A stretch of DNA of 64,000 nucleotides from Lama guanicoe (GCA_013239625.1 MU053559.1:3020324-3084323), one strand, 5' to 3'; positions 49,140 to 62,028 are shown, counted from the first letter of the stretch. The notes: a model not told the origin generated them from the letters alone. Numbers and translations: made by a program.

Positions 49140-49530
49140 ATTTTTTTATTGTGGTAAAATATAATAAATGACATAATATTTATTATTTTAACTATTTGTA
49201 AGTGTACAATTTAGAGGTATTAAATATGTTCACAATGTTGTATACCCATCACCACTATCTATACCCCAAATCTTTTCATCATGTCCAACATAAACTCTGT
49301 ACCTGTTAAACAGTAACTTTCCCTTTCTCCTCCCCCAGCCCCTAGTCACCTCTATTCTGCTTTCCATCTCTATGAATTTGAATTTGCTTATTCTAGGTAC
49401 TTCATATAAATGGAATCATACATTATTTGTCCTTCTGTTTCTGGCTTATTTCATTAAGCAGAATGTTTTCAAGATCCATCCACATTGTAGCATATATCAA
49501 AAGTCCATTCCTTTTTACGGCTGAATAGTG
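49140..49530 (-). mobile_element. L1MB-like 3' end
   Basis: ttttattgtggtaaaatata...ttctggcttatttcattaagcagaatgttttcaagatccatcc. Confidence 0.75.
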
Positions 49531-49767
49531 TTCTCTGATCTATTTTTATCATAAAAAGCATTTATTATTCTTTTACTTGGTGAATAGTGGTTCCAGTTTC
49601 ACTCAAATCCTTATCTGAACGTCTCTCTTTTTTGAGAATGCCATCTCATATTGTTGATTTTCAGTAAATACTGAGTGGGTCAGTGTTTCAGTGTAACTAA
49701 AGAAGTATTGTGACACAAAACAAGTGAAAAGTTAAGGATGAAGGAGCAAAGAAAAAGAGCCCTCTTA

Positions 49768-49875
49768 GGTGGGGAAGGTATAGCTCAGTGGTAGAGCACA
49801 TGCTTCGCAGGCATGAGGTCCTGGGTTCAATCCCCAGTACCTCCATTAAAAAATAAATAAATAAAATATTTTTGA
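49768..49875 (+). mobile_element. tRNA-Ala-derived SINE, short form
   Basis: 19-bp TSD aaagaaaaagagcc(c/t)tctt (49748-49766 / 49876-49894). Confidence 0.92.
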
Positions 49876-50940
49876 AAAGAAAAAGAGCCTTCTTGAATTA
49901 TGAATTTGCAAATATTGAAAATGCATCAGGTAATTCAGAAATAAAAGAGCGTGTCCTTTCTGTTTCTTTTGATTGCTAAGCCCAAGGAAACTTAATACAT
50001 TTCTTTTACGTGAAACTTGCGTGTAGGAAAATGAAGTCTATTACTGGTCACAATCCAGTAAAACGTTCACATCATAAAACAAAGGGTAATTACAAATACA
50101 AAGTAATATTTAAAAACAGGACAAAAAATGATTTAGGAATGTCAAGGCCTATTATAGAATGACCCGTGTGCCTTGGTTTAATTTGCCCCAAGCACTGCTT
50201 TTGGTTTGATTAGAAAACATCTAAAAACAAGAGACATTAGCTCTCTTCCTAAATATACCGGGGGTTTGGGGAAGGGGGCGGGGCTAGGTTGTTAACTAGT
50301 TTGAGGATGGTTTTGTGTCCTGGGGGAATTAGTAAGAACCACACGCTCTGCGGTAGCACAAGATCAATGCAAACCATTTTGGAGTTCCCTTTGTCCTTCA
50401 CTGTAGAGAGTGGTCTCTCGTGCTTAGTGTTGATACTTAGTTTTGTTTTTTGGGGGAGCAGTTATGGGCGTAGCGATGTGCAGTTTGAGCTACTTCTAAA
50501 TGACGGGATCCACTGTTTTAAATTTACTCCACACGCCAAGATACAGAACAGGCTGCCGGCTTTCAGCATCTCCAAGTATTCTAACTAAAAACTATTATTT
50601 GCAAAAAGAGTTAGATACTTCAAAGGTATGTCCTGTAAAAATGGTAACATTTATTGTTTTTCCTTATAAAAGTAATGCATGTTAAGTGTAAGTTTAGAAA
50701 TCGAGAAAAGTAAAATGAAAACAAATCCATGATATTATTTCCCAGAGATAAGATAATCACTATTATATTTTCTTGACATATGTATAAGATTATTTATTAC
50801 AGTGTTTTTTATAATAGCAGAAGTTTGAAGACAACTCAACTGTCCATTAGTCAGAGACTAAATAAATCATGATGTATTAACACAGTGGAGTACTATTCAG
50901 CTATAAAAATGCTTTATGTACTGAAATGAAAAACCAACAG

Positions 50941-51107
50941 TTTTTTTAAATCCTTTTTTTGTTTTTTTGTTTTTAAATTTTTGTTGTTCTTGTTGGGGGA
51001 AGGGGTAATTAGGTTTATCTATTTTTAATGGAGGTACTGGGAATTGAACCCAGGACCTCATGCATGATGAGCACATGCTCTATCACTGAGCTGTGCCCTC
51101 CCCTCCC
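50941..51107 (-). mobile_element. tRNA-Ala-derived SINE, long form
   Basis: Reverse complement: ggggtaattaggttt...atggaggtactgggaattgaacccagg...ctgagctgtgccctcccc. Confidence 0.88.
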
Positions 51108-51460
51108 AAGAGTCAACAGGTTTTATTATTGAATGAGAAAAGCAAGGTAAAGAGTAGTGGATGCTACCTTTTCTGAAAGACTTAGGAATATAGGAAATAT
51201 ATTCATATTGCTTTGAATGCATTAGGAAATGCATTCAGAATGCATTGAGAGTGAGACTTAATATCCACACTTTTATTTTGATTTTTGAATCATGTGAATG
51301 TATAACCTATTTTTTTTTTAAGTTAAATGAGCATAAACTGTAGAGCTGAAACAGAGCCTCACACTTGCTGTTCAGATTGAGGAAGTGCAATACTTTATCA
51401 CAGCCAACGCTGGAGATACTTCATCTTAAATGAATATCTTTATTTTTTAATAAAGACTGG

Positions 51461-51760
51461 TGATGGGGTTCAGAACATGCTACCCCAAAATATGGCACCT
51501 TGGCATGTTAAATATTTTAAGCTGAGAGAATTTGAGAAACAACAGAAGCTGGAAGGTCACGCTGAGCCACCCCTCCCACCTCCCCTTTGAAGCAGGTTAT
51601 TAAATCCCTCATGTGAGAGGTGCCCTCCCTACACCGGGAGGAAAGGAGCATCCTTATCTTTGAAGACATGGGGAGCTGGGAAGTATCCTAACAAACAGGT
51701 CTTGCTAAGTCTCTCCCAGTTTACTACACTTACCTCATACTCTTTCGTATCTTATGGACT
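51461..51760 (+). mobile_element. MER39/MER34-like ERV1 LTR, 3'-truncated
   Basis: tgatggggttcagaacatgctaccccaaaatatggcaccttggcat 5' terminus. Confidence 0.7.
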
Positions 51761-52304
51761 CTCTCTGGTAAAAGATGCTTTTTTGTTGTTTTTTTAAGAG
51801 AAAGTGACCAAATATGAATGAATGGGATCAGCTGGCTGGTAAAGTCAGCGTTTAGCTGCCTGGGGGTAGTAGTTGAATTTATAATCTCTCACCCTGAGTC
51901 AAGGTTGCTTGAGAACATACTTTATGTGAGAGTATTATATAAATATTCAGGAAAATGGTAGGAGTAGCAAGTTTTCTGGAGAGTCTGAAAACATTTAGAA
52001 GACTCAAGGTAAGTAAAATTGTAGAAATGGAATTTTTTTTTTTGCAGCTAGAGATGTATATTAAAACAAAACAACATAAAAACAACCAACCAACCAAAAA
52101 CCTTGTCAGAATTGGTCATTTATTGACTGAAAAGAAGTGGCAAAAAAAAAAATCAATTAAAAAAGTGCTTTAATTCGAGAACAAACTGACCCAATGGGGG
52201 AGGTGGGGGAGAGGGAGAAGGGGAGGACCAAGTCCTAAAGAACTGCTAGAGACAGGAAGCTGCATGAATAGAAATAAAAGAAAACCACAGACATCCAGGT
52301 AAAA

Positions 52305-52402
52305 GGGGAGGGTATAGCTCAGTGGTAGAGCACGTGCTTAGCATGCATGAGGTCCTGGGTTCAATCCCCAGTAGCTCCATCGAAACAAAAACAAAAACAA
52401 AA
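52305..52402 (+). mobile_element. tRNA-Ala-derived SINE, short form
   Basis: ggggagggtatagctcagtggtagagcacgtgcttagcatgcatgaggtcctgggttcaatcccc + (CAAAAA)n tail. Confidence 0.9.
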
Positions 52403-52809
52403 GACTAGATAAATCTGCATATCTTCTGCTGTCTACATGGGTCATGTTGTAAAATGAGACGTGGTCTTTTGGATGAATAACTGGGAGAACTATCTCCTAA
52501 ATTGATGAAAATTCTGTTTTTCAGCATTCTGGGTTTAACAAGGGAGAAAAGCAGAACCAGTGCACTTTGAGGAGATTTTTGCAAAGGGTTGGGAAGTTGT
52601 AGTAGCTGACCTCTCAGTTCCCTTCTAGATCTAAAACTGATTCTGTGGTTGCAGTGCGTATAAGTTACTTCTTAGACCATATGCTCGTAGTAACATGGAG
52701 GGTCACGTCTCATGCATCAGTGAGAAGCTATATCCTGAAAATGAGCAGCTCTGTGGGACTAAACAATTTGTAAGTATTGGAGTAAAGCAGTGGTTCTCAA
52801 AATGTGAGA

Positions 52810-53355
52810 ATCCTCTTCTCAGCATGTTTTTTTTTTAATTGAAGTATAGTTGATTTCCAATGTTGTGTTAGTTTCACCAGCAAAACGTTTTTGAGATGAA
52901 TCAATGTTGTATTAGTAGTTTGTTCATCTTTGTTGCTGAGTTGTGTTCTATTGTATGAATATACCCAGGGTTTGTCCATTTGCCTGTTGATAGATGTGGA
53001 ATATTTCTGGCTTTTGGCTGCCATGTTAGGGCTGCTGTTAACATTTGCGTGCAGTTCTTTGTTTAGACATAGTTTCATTTCTCTTGAGCAGATACCTAGG
53101 AGTAGAACTTCAGGGTTGCATGTAGGTTATGTTTAGCTCCATAACAAATTACCACAGTGTTTTCCAAAGTGGCCGTACCATCGCGCATTCCTCTCAGCTG
53201 TGTACGAGTGTTCTGGTTGTACTGTATCCTTGCCAACACGTTGAATTATCAGGTGTTTGAATTTTAGACAGTGGGTGGGGGTTATGTATAGTAGTTTATT
53301 GTGGTTTCAGTTTGCATTTTTCTGATGACTTACGATTTTGAGCATCTTTCATTCT
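52810..53355 (-). mobile_element. Ancient L1 fragment containing a small younger L1 3' stub (about 52827-52877)
   Basis: Antisense L1 ORF2 tail blocks (atacctaggagtagaa, tttgcatttttctgatgact); stub tttaattgaagtatagttgattt. Confidence 0.65.
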
Positions 53356-54452
53356 GTGTCTTGCTTTTTAAAAATTTGCAAAATACTAAACTCCAAGACC
53401 TTAGCTCGTACCTTAGAGTCATCTGATTCCAAAAGCCTTAGGGCAACACGACAGCAGCACGGCTATTTCACATTGATCTAAATCTCCACAATTCACAGTG
53501 CTCTCAGAATCAGTGCTATACTCACAGTTCCTGGCAGCTGATAGTTTGAATAAACATTGGCTGAATTATGGTCTAATGAAATGCTTAAAGGCAACAGCCA
53601 CCATAAGTATGGTAATTACTACTGTAAGTAATGGTAGGAAGGGATTTTCAGAAGGTGATATATCTGATTTAACTTGAATATTTCAATATATCTTATTTTA
53701 TTGGGCCGTGAGACTCCTAGGGAGAAATAGTATTTAAGATTATTTTAAAATAAATGTTCAGAAGACAGGATCCTTGAAACTAGAAGACTGGAAAAAGACT
53801 CCTGTGTAAAGCAGCACTTGCAAAATACAGGGCATGCTCTCTCCTGGACTTAGTTTGTTCATCTACAAAATGGGACAGTTAGTGAATCTGAGTCTTCTTT
53901 CAGCTGAATCAGTGCTCACAATTTCAACTGCCCCATGACTAATAGGTAGTTTTTCCATATGATTAGATTACCTAGATTTCACAATATGGTTTGGAGGAAG
54001 AATATCCCTGTTAGTACTGACAGTGAGATATTTTCCTTTTTCCCTCTAAGATAATTAAGGAAAATGAACCTCTTGATTTTCTGGCTGTGATAGTCAAATA
54101 TTCATGAAACATTTCCTCCCAACATTTTACTATAAAAAATCTTCACACACAGAAAAATTGAAGGAATGTTATGATGAACAGTCATATACCTACCACCTAG
54201 GTTCTACAATTAACATTTTACTGTATTTATCACTTATCTGTCCATCTGTCACTCAAGCCATCATATTTTTTGACGTGTTCAAAATAAATGACAGACACCA
54301 GTACACTTCCTCTTAAAAGCTATAAATTCTTTTTTAAGGATGGAGTCTGTGGTTATACATAAGTATTGCTGCATGCATGGACCTGTTTTCTGGAAATAAG
54401 AGATGCTGGTGTGTTTCCCAGAATAAAGATCTCTAGGTATTAGTATTTAGGA

Positions 54453-54665
54453 CAGTAGCTCTCAACCAGGGGCAGTTTTGCCCCTCAGGGGCCATTTGGC
54501 AATGTCTGGAGACATTTTTGGTGGTCATGCCTTAGGCGTGTTACTGGCATCTCGTAGATTGAGGCCAGGCATGCTGTTAAACATCCCAGGATGCACAGGA
54601 TGGTCCCCCCACAACAAAGAATGATACAGCCCAAAATGTCAGTAGTACTAAGGCTGAGAAACCTG
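54453..54665. mobile_element. MER20 (hAT-Charlie MITE)
   Basis: cagtagctctcaaccagggg...catttggcaatgtctggagacattttt...cccaaaatgtcagtagt..aggctgagaaacctg. Confidence 0.9.
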
Positions 54666-56229
54666 TTTTCAGAAATGGTAAACTTATCTCCAGGGATACC
54701 GAGAAACAAATTGGAGTATAAAGTTCTTTTGACACACTGTAGGAGAGCTCAGTAAAACTAAGAAGAAACAAAGGCTTAAAGAAATGTTGTCTTTTTTTTT
54801 TTTTTTAAACCATCCTTGTTCTGCTTGTGAAATTATTTTCCTGAGGTATCTTGTGCTCATCATTTCATTTCTTCCACTCATTTTTTGCATTTAGATCTAA
54901 AATAATCATGCATTTTCTTGCAAAGTAGTCTGAAATCTGCAGATAACAAGGGCCAAATAGCTCAACGTTTTCAAGATGACAACTGCCATACACAAATACC
55001 TCCTAATGAATGAACAAACCGTCTTGGGAGTTAGGAAGGAAAGGGACAGGTCGTGTAGGAATAGGGGTCTAAATGAGACATGTGGATGGATCTGTTTTTC
55101 TGGTTTTCATGTATATCATTGTTTCCTTCACCCCATTGGCATCTCATCTGAACAGAGTTTGCTCTGAATTTCTCATCTCTACTTTCTACAATGTGCACAT
55201 ACTTGAGAAGAATAAAAATAGAAAGAAAGCAAAGAGTTGAAAGACAAAAGCAAAAATGTAAAACACTCAGCAACAATTATTCATTCGTGGTAATTATCAA
55301 TGCATGTTTGCCTCTGAATAAGTTAGATGTTCTTTTCCACGTACCCACCAGCCTCACCCTCATCCCCCGTCATTAGCCGAGTGTCATAACAACTCCCGTG
55401 GAGAGAGGGAGTGCAAATCCTCATAATTTCTCCTGATACTGAAAAAATTAGAATACTGTATTTGAAAATCTCCACTTTATTATTGCACTCCCTGGAGCAT
55501 GACAAATGCAGACCGACTTTCTGGACTGATTTTGATACATTCATAGGAACTTTGTGGTTTTGTGTGTTTCTTTTTCCTTGAAATTATTCATTTACTAATT
55601 TTTAAAATGGACAAATAACTCATATCATAAAAATTCAGCAGATACAGGAGGATATACAATGTGAATGAGTCTCCCTCCACCCTATGTCCTCCCTCAGTTC
55701 CCGACACCACCATTGTTGCCAGATCTTTCTGCATCATTCCAGACACATGATATACCACCTATCCACGCATGGACTTACAGACTCTCTCTGCTCCTTCTTA
55801 TGCAAATGCAAGCTTTCTGTACAGCAGACACACAGTAAAGGGCACAACTCTTTTTACATTTTTTAAATGAATTTTTATATAAGTATACACCTGTGAAACC
55901 AATCAAGGTCAAGAATGTTATCAGGTCCCCAATGGTACCATGGTATCTAGAGAAGCAATGAACATTCAATCTAAAAGAGACTTCCTCTTCTGAAGCTTTG
56001 AAGTGGCAGTGAATTTTTAAGTATGTTATTTTAAAGTCACAAGTTTCTATATATGCCTTTGCTCCTTTGCCAAGTCAGTCACAAGTGAATTCTTGGGTGT
56101 CTAACACCTATTGTAAATAAGTTCTTACTCTTTTTTTTTTTTTTTGAGATTACAAAGTAGGACTGAAATCCCACTATTTATTCTGGATTCAAGGTAGTCT
56201 GGAAAATGCTGGCAATTTGGAGAGAGCAG

Positions 56230-56400
56230 AATGCTTTGAAAAGCATCATTCTAATTTTGGTCCCACCACCTAATGGCTTTATAATTATGGACACGTTATG
56301 CAACCATTATGAGACCCAGTTTCTTCATCTGTGTAAGCAATGATGCTTCCCTGTCAAGGCAATTGGGAGAATTGCAAATAGTAAATATTTAGTGCCTGCA
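56230..56400 (+). mobile_element. MIR fragment
   Basis: cagtttcttcatctgt..., ttgggagaatt..., tttagtgcctg. Confidence 0.5.
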
Positions 56401-56804
56401 CTTCGTAGCTGTGATCAGAGGAGAGGGTAGTAGGCTTAAGGGGTAGAGAATTGGAAAGAGAAAGACTTCAGGACTAGAGCAGAGAGAATTGTGTTTCAAT
56501 GATAACCAGTAGAAATTTTGTTTTCCTACCCAGAGTTTGAGAGTCTCTTTTAGCAATGAAGCAGTATGAACACATATTGGGAACTTCTTAATCTCTTTTT
56601 CTTTGGGAATATCTCTCTGGAGGTAGCATGATTGTGGTGCTCTAATTAAAAAAAAAAGTTTAGGGTCATCTGGTTTCCCAGATATCACCTTTTCTCTGAA
56701 GTTACATAATTTGGAGGTGGTGACATCAAGATAAAGTCCTCTCTCCTTGGTCTGTAGATGGCTGTCTTCCACCTGTGTCTTCACATGGTCTGTCCTCTGT
56801 CCTG

Positions 56805-56989
56805 CTGTCTGTGTTTGTAAATAAAGTTTTATTGGAACACAGCCATGCTGCCCATTCCTTTACATATTATCTGTGACTGCTTTTGTATAGCAACAGCAGA
56901 GTTGAAGGGTTGCCATAGAGACCACATGGCCCACAAAGCCTAAAACATTTGCTATCCGACCCTTCACAAATAAAGCTTGCCAACCTTTG
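56805..56989. mobile_element. MER58A (hAT-Charlie) partial
   Basis: tttgtaaataaagttttattggaacacagccatgc...tggcccacaaagcctaaaacattt...ttgccaacc. Confidence 0.85.
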
Positions 56990-57486
56990 GTTTATATTAT
57001 GATTAGGATGACAAAATTCAGTCACATGTAGTGTTTGAGATGAGATCCAGTTTGGTTTTATTCACTTGCATGGTCCACGAAGAATTTAATCAGGGGGCAT
57101 TTTATAGGTCGAAGATTAAATTTCCACGTTAGTGAAGAGCCTAAATAAATAGATCTCCTCTCACAGCACCTGTTCTTTTCTAGTTATGGCAGCTAAGTGT
57201 CGTGCTGACTAAATAAGCGAAACGAATTGGAACCATTTGATATTGAACCTGATTATGTGGACATATAACAATGTTAGGATTCTGTGATCGGCTTTAGGAG
57301 GGAAGTGCTCAGATGCTGTTCTCACCATAAATGAAGTAAATGGTTCAGATTATGGCCTTGCTGACATGGTAAACTGCTTTAAACCAGAGGATGCTTTAAC
57401 ACTGGACTATACTACGTATTGCTTCATTTCCTATTTTACTGTAATATACTACCTTTAATTTCTGATGTCACTTTGTCAGCTTTTTT

Positions 57487-57648
57487 GAGGAGGACAATTT
57501 TTGAAAATAAAATTAATTTTTTTGTTTGCTTTTTTTGGAGAAGTGATAATTAGGTTCATTTATTTATTTTAATGGAGGTACTGGGGATTGAACCCAGAAC
57601 CTTGTGCATGGGGAGCATGCACTCTACCACTGTGCTATACCTTCCCCC
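57487..57648 (-). mobile_element. tRNA-Ala-derived SINE, long form
   Basis: Reverse-complement SINE; TSD actt(tg/ca)tcagcttttt at 57470 and 57650. Confidence 0.88.
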
Positions 57649-57899
57649 AACTTCATCAGCTTTTTAATCTGCCTTCTAATATGCTCCTGGCCATCAACCT
57701 GAATGAAATATTCAAGTTGCCTTTGAAGCCTTCCTACAAAAGAATTCCTAACTCTTAATTTCTTTCTACCATAATTTTTCAAAATTTGTCATTTTCCAAC
57801 AGTTTATGATTTTTTGAGTTTTGGTTTTTCCTTCTAGATAGGAAAATGTATTTTGGATCCTATGTGTAATTTCCGGTATGAATTGATGTTTTCTGATAC

Positions 57900-58386
57900 T
57901 GTTATGGATTGAATTGTACCCCCCTTCGTCTACCCAAACCCCCCAGGTATCTTGGAAGTTATAACCCCCAGTACTTTACAATGTGATCTTATTTGGAAAC
58001 AAGGTTGTTGCAGATGTAATTAGTTAATATGTGGAAGATGAGGTCATTATCAAAAGGGATGGGGCCCTAATCCAATATGAATGGTGTCCTTATAAGAGGC
58101 TGGCCTGGTGAAGACAGGGAGACACAGGGAGAATGCTGTGTGATGACAAAAGCAGAGATTGGAGTGATGCATCTACAAACCAAGGAACACCAAAGACTGC
58201 TGGCAAACCACCAGAAGCTGGGAAGAAGCAGGGAAGGATTTACCTAAAGCTTCTGGAGAGAGCATGGCCCTACCAACACCTAAATTTCTGACTACTAACC
58301 TCCAGAACCTGAGACAACACATTTCTGTTGCTTTAAGCCACCTGGTTTGTAGTACTTTGTGATGGCAGCCCTAGGAAACTCTTACA
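57900..58386 (+). mobile_element. MaLR MLT1C-like LTR, complete
   Basis: tgttatggattgaattgtacccccc ... tttaagccacctggtttgtagtactttg..gcagccctaggaaactcttaca. Confidence 0.88.
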
Positions 58387-59344
58387 AGAAGTAAAGATCA
58401 AATTTTGTGAGACTATGTGGTTAGGGATATGAGAACAGAACAGCAAAACTCTTACATCATGCACTTCTTAAAGTATTTTCCATTGGTTACAAATACACTT
58501 TATCAAGATAGTCTAACAAGTTCCTGGTTGAGTTAACTTTTCCTGCCTTTTTCTGCCCCTCCTCCTGCCTTGCCCTCTCTGAGAGAGGAATCTTATCCAG
58601 AAGTGAGGAGAATGGCAAAAGCCATGACTCAGATTATCCATCCTTGCCTGTTCCTGGTATGTGGGGAATTTCCAGAACTCTCTTGGAGGGACAAGTGCCT
58701 TCTTGGAAGCCCACCTGGAAGCCTGGATGCCATCTTGGAGAAGTATGAGGGAAAGAAAGGGCGCTATTCTTTTGCTCTTGATAGGAGACTACAGCCCTGA
58801 CAGAGGCTGAAGGCTGCCCTCCACCTCAAAATGTGAGAGCACTTCCAAAGCTGGGTTTCAACTGGGGCCAAGCCACCAGCAGATTTTTCCTTTCTGGTTC
58901 AATCAATATTTTAACTCGGACTTGATATGATTCAGTTTAATGGCTCCATCAGTAGGAAAATTTCTCCTTTCCTCACCCCTCCCCCACCTAGCTAAGGTAC
59001 AGAAAGCCAGTCTTATCTGCCTGATAAGAAATAGCTAACTCTTTGATCTGCTATTTTATACTTGGTTAACCCAACAAGTCAAGTAAAGAAATCAGTGTTT
59101 AAAGTCCTTGGCAACAATGTGAGGCATCATTTGAGTGACCCTTTTTATCACAGAGAATGGTGGTAATTGCAGAGATTTATGAATCCAGTGATTTACAGTT
59201 GACTTAGCTCAGCGAAATCAAATCACAGTATTTCATGATAAATTATTTTTTTTATTTACTGAAGAATACCTGTTTCTATAGGTGTTAACATGTGAAAAAG
59301 CCCACATCTTACATTTGTATGATATTAGGTAGAGGGTAAAGGTT

Positions 59345-60115
59345 ACATATTCTATTTGTCTTTCTCTGTCTAACTTATTTCACTTAACATAATGTCCTCA
59401 AGGTCCATCCATGTCACAAATGGCAGAATTTTCTTCTTTTTCATGGCCGAATAATATTCCACTGTGGATAAATGCTATATTTTCTTTACCCGTTGATTGA
59501 CACTTAGGTTGTTTCCATGTCTTGGCTATTGTAAATAATGCTGCAGTGAATTTGGGGGTGTAAATATTTCTCCAATTTTATTTTCTTCAGATATATACCC
59601 ACAAGTGGAATTTCTGGATCATATGGTAGTTTTTAAACTTCTTAAGGAGCATCCATACTATCTATTTTTCATAATAACTATACCAGTTTACATTCCCACC
59701 AACAGTGGACCAAGGTTGTCTTTTCTCCATATCCTTGCTAATAATTCTTATCTTTTTGATGACACCCATTCTAACAGGTATTAAGTAACAGTCTCATTGT
59801 AGTTTTGATGTGCATTTCTTTAATGGTTAGTGATGGTGACCACCTTTTCATGTACCTGTTGGCCATTTGTGTATCTTCTTTGAAAAAATATCTGTTCACT
59901 TCCTCTGCCCATTTTTTAATCATATCTTTTTTTGTTCTTGTTTAAACTATGGGTTTTTAAAACAATATATATTTTGGATATTAACCTCTTATCAGCTATA
60001 TGATTTGCAAATATTTTCTCTCATTCTGTAAGTTGCTTTTCATTTTGTTGATGCTTTTTTTTTTTTGCTGTGCAGAAGCTTTTAAGTTTGATGTAGTCCC
60101 ACTTATTTATTTTTG
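59345..60115 (-). mobile_element. L1 fragment (ORF2 3' region)
   Basis: cttatttcacttaacataatgtcctcaaggtccatccatg...cattcccaccaacagtg...gctgtgcagaagcttttaagtttgatgtagtcccactt. Confidence 0.85.
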
Positions 60116-60499
60116 AGTTTTCTGTCTATTTTGTTTACTGCTATTTAAACAGTAAACAGTAGCACTGAAAGTTGCTGGATAAGATCTCTACTTGTGTTCT
60201 AGCCCCACTTCGACCCTCTGCCTGTGTGATAACCCCCTCATTTCTTAACCTCCTCAATGCTTTCTTTGTCAGCTGCCTCTCCTAACCTAGCTCCTAGTTT
60301 TTTAACTTTCTATTCTGCAAAGAGACTTTAGGCAACCTACAGAGATCTTGGAAAACATCTCCCCAGATTCTCGAAAATTCTCTAAGTGCTTTATTTATTT
60401 ATTTATTTTGGCAAGAAAGCCAGTTTTAAAGAGCAGATATCCCAGTGAAAGAAGTGGTGCCTGAACTTCCCACCTGGGCCTAGATGACTTGACAATCTT

Positions 60500-60586
60500 T
60501 TAAAAAAAAAACTTTTTTTATTGAAGTGTAGTTGATTTACAATATTAGTTTCAGGTGTACAGCAAAGTGATTCAGTTATACCTATA
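60500..60586 (-). mobile_element. Extremely truncated L1 3' stub
   Basis: ttttttattgaagtgtagttgatttacaatatt..; 16-bp TSD atgacttgaca(a/c)tctt (60484-60499 / 60587-60602). Confidence 0.85.
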
Positions 60587-60667
60587 ATGACTTGACACTC
60601 TTAACCTGAAACTTTGAGTGGGTGACATTGGAGGGAGGAGACAGCAGGAGTGATATGAACATGGAAG

Positions 60668-61255
60668 CCATTTCTCAGCTCAAACCCCTGCCTAGGCTGC
60701 TCTACCATTCAGATTAAAAGCCAGAGTCCTTCCTATGGCCCATAAGGGACTACACAGTGATATCCCTGTCACCTCTCTGCTGGTCTTCCGCTTGTTCATT
60801 CTGTTCTCCCCAGATGGTCTCCTAGCCAACTGCTCCCTGACTGTGCCAAGCCTGCTTCTGATGCAGGGCCTTTGCACTGGCTGTTTCTTCTGTAGGGAAT
60901 GCTCTTCTCTCAATAGCTCCATGGTTTGATACTTCATCTCTTTCAGGTCTTTGCTCAAAGGTCACCTCCTCAGAGAAGACTCTTCTGACCATCCTATTTA
61001 AAATTTCAACCTCCTCCCCCTCCCCTGTGACACTTTCTATCCCCCTTCCTTGGTTTATTTTTCTTCATAGCATCTTCCACCATCTTCCATGCCAACTGTT
61101 TGATGTATTTGTTTATCATATCTTCTTCCCACTAGAATGTAAAGTCCATAAGGGTGTGAGTTTTCTGTCTGTTTTGTTTACTACTATATCCTCAGAGTTT
61201 AGAACAGCACCTGGAGCCTAGTAGGTGCTCGATAAATATCTGTTGAACAAATGAG
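60668..61255 (+). mobile_element. L2 (L2a-like) 3' portion
   Basis: cagggcctttgcactggctgtt...ccactagaatgtaaagtccataaggg...tagtaggtgctcgataaatatctgttgaacaaatga. Confidence 0.85.
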
Positions 61256-61464
61256 TTACTAAAAGAATGACTAGCCTTCCCTTCTATCTCCTCAACCACG
61301 GGACCTATGTGAATTATCACATGTTGCGTGCATGAGTGTGGTGGAGAGCCCCAGGAGAAAGGTCACATTTAATCCCTACTTAATGGAGTATGGAAAAGCA
61401 AAGCTCCAGAAATCCACAAATTACCTGAGGCAGTTCAGATCAATGGCAGGAACGATAGGGAAGT

Positions 61465-61565
61465 GAGCTAGAGACCTAGGTTAAAGTCAATCTTTACCAT
61501 TAAGCGTTTGGGCAAGTCATTGAATCTTCCTGGGCTTCAGTTGTATCATCTGTAAAATATTAAGG
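61465..61565 (+). mobile_element. MIR fragment
   Basis: agacctaggtt...ttgggcaagtcattgaatcttcctgggcttcagttgtatcatctgtaaaat. Confidence 0.7.
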
Positions 61566-61848
61566 TTGAAATAGTCACTGAGAAAAAGTCTATAACATGT
61601 TATGCTTAAACATTATTTTTTTTCACATGTATTATCTCTGAATCCTGTGAGGCAGCCGGGGCAGGTAGATAGATGTGAGAGAACACAAAATCTTTTTGTA
61701 GTTGTTGTTCATTGTAACTCCTCACTGGGCCTTAAGGTGGGAGAAGGGGTGTAGGGATTCCATATGTGGAGGACCGTTTGTTGAAGAGGTGATGGCGGAC
61801 AAGTTGGGACTCATGAGAGGGATAAACTGCTTTCGATAGGAATCAGCT

Positions 61849-62028
61849 AAAAGCATTTTTCTACTTCTTTCATTTTGTGTTTACACAAGATGATGCCCAT
61901 TCACTAAACTTACTGTGATAATCATTTCCTGATGTGTGTAAGCCAAATCATTATGCTGTAGCCCTTCAACTCATATAGTGCTTTATGTCGATTTATCTCG
62001 ATAAGCTTGGAAGGAAAAAAAATAAAAA
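61849..62028 (+). mobile_element. L1 3' end stub
   Basis: cactaaacttactgtgataatcattt...tatgtcgatttatctcgataa + A tail; TSD gaatcagct (61840-61848 / 62029-62037). Confidence 0.7.

Noticed and set aside
50289..50588. 99-aa ORF in unique sequence
   Set aside because: TTG start, no recognisable homology or exon-like splice pattern; length compatible with chance
52305..52380. tRNA-Ala(AGC) genes (this and the other tRNA-like copies)
   Set aside because: A-rich tails, TSDs, CpG decay and broken stems show they are SINE copies, not tRNA genes
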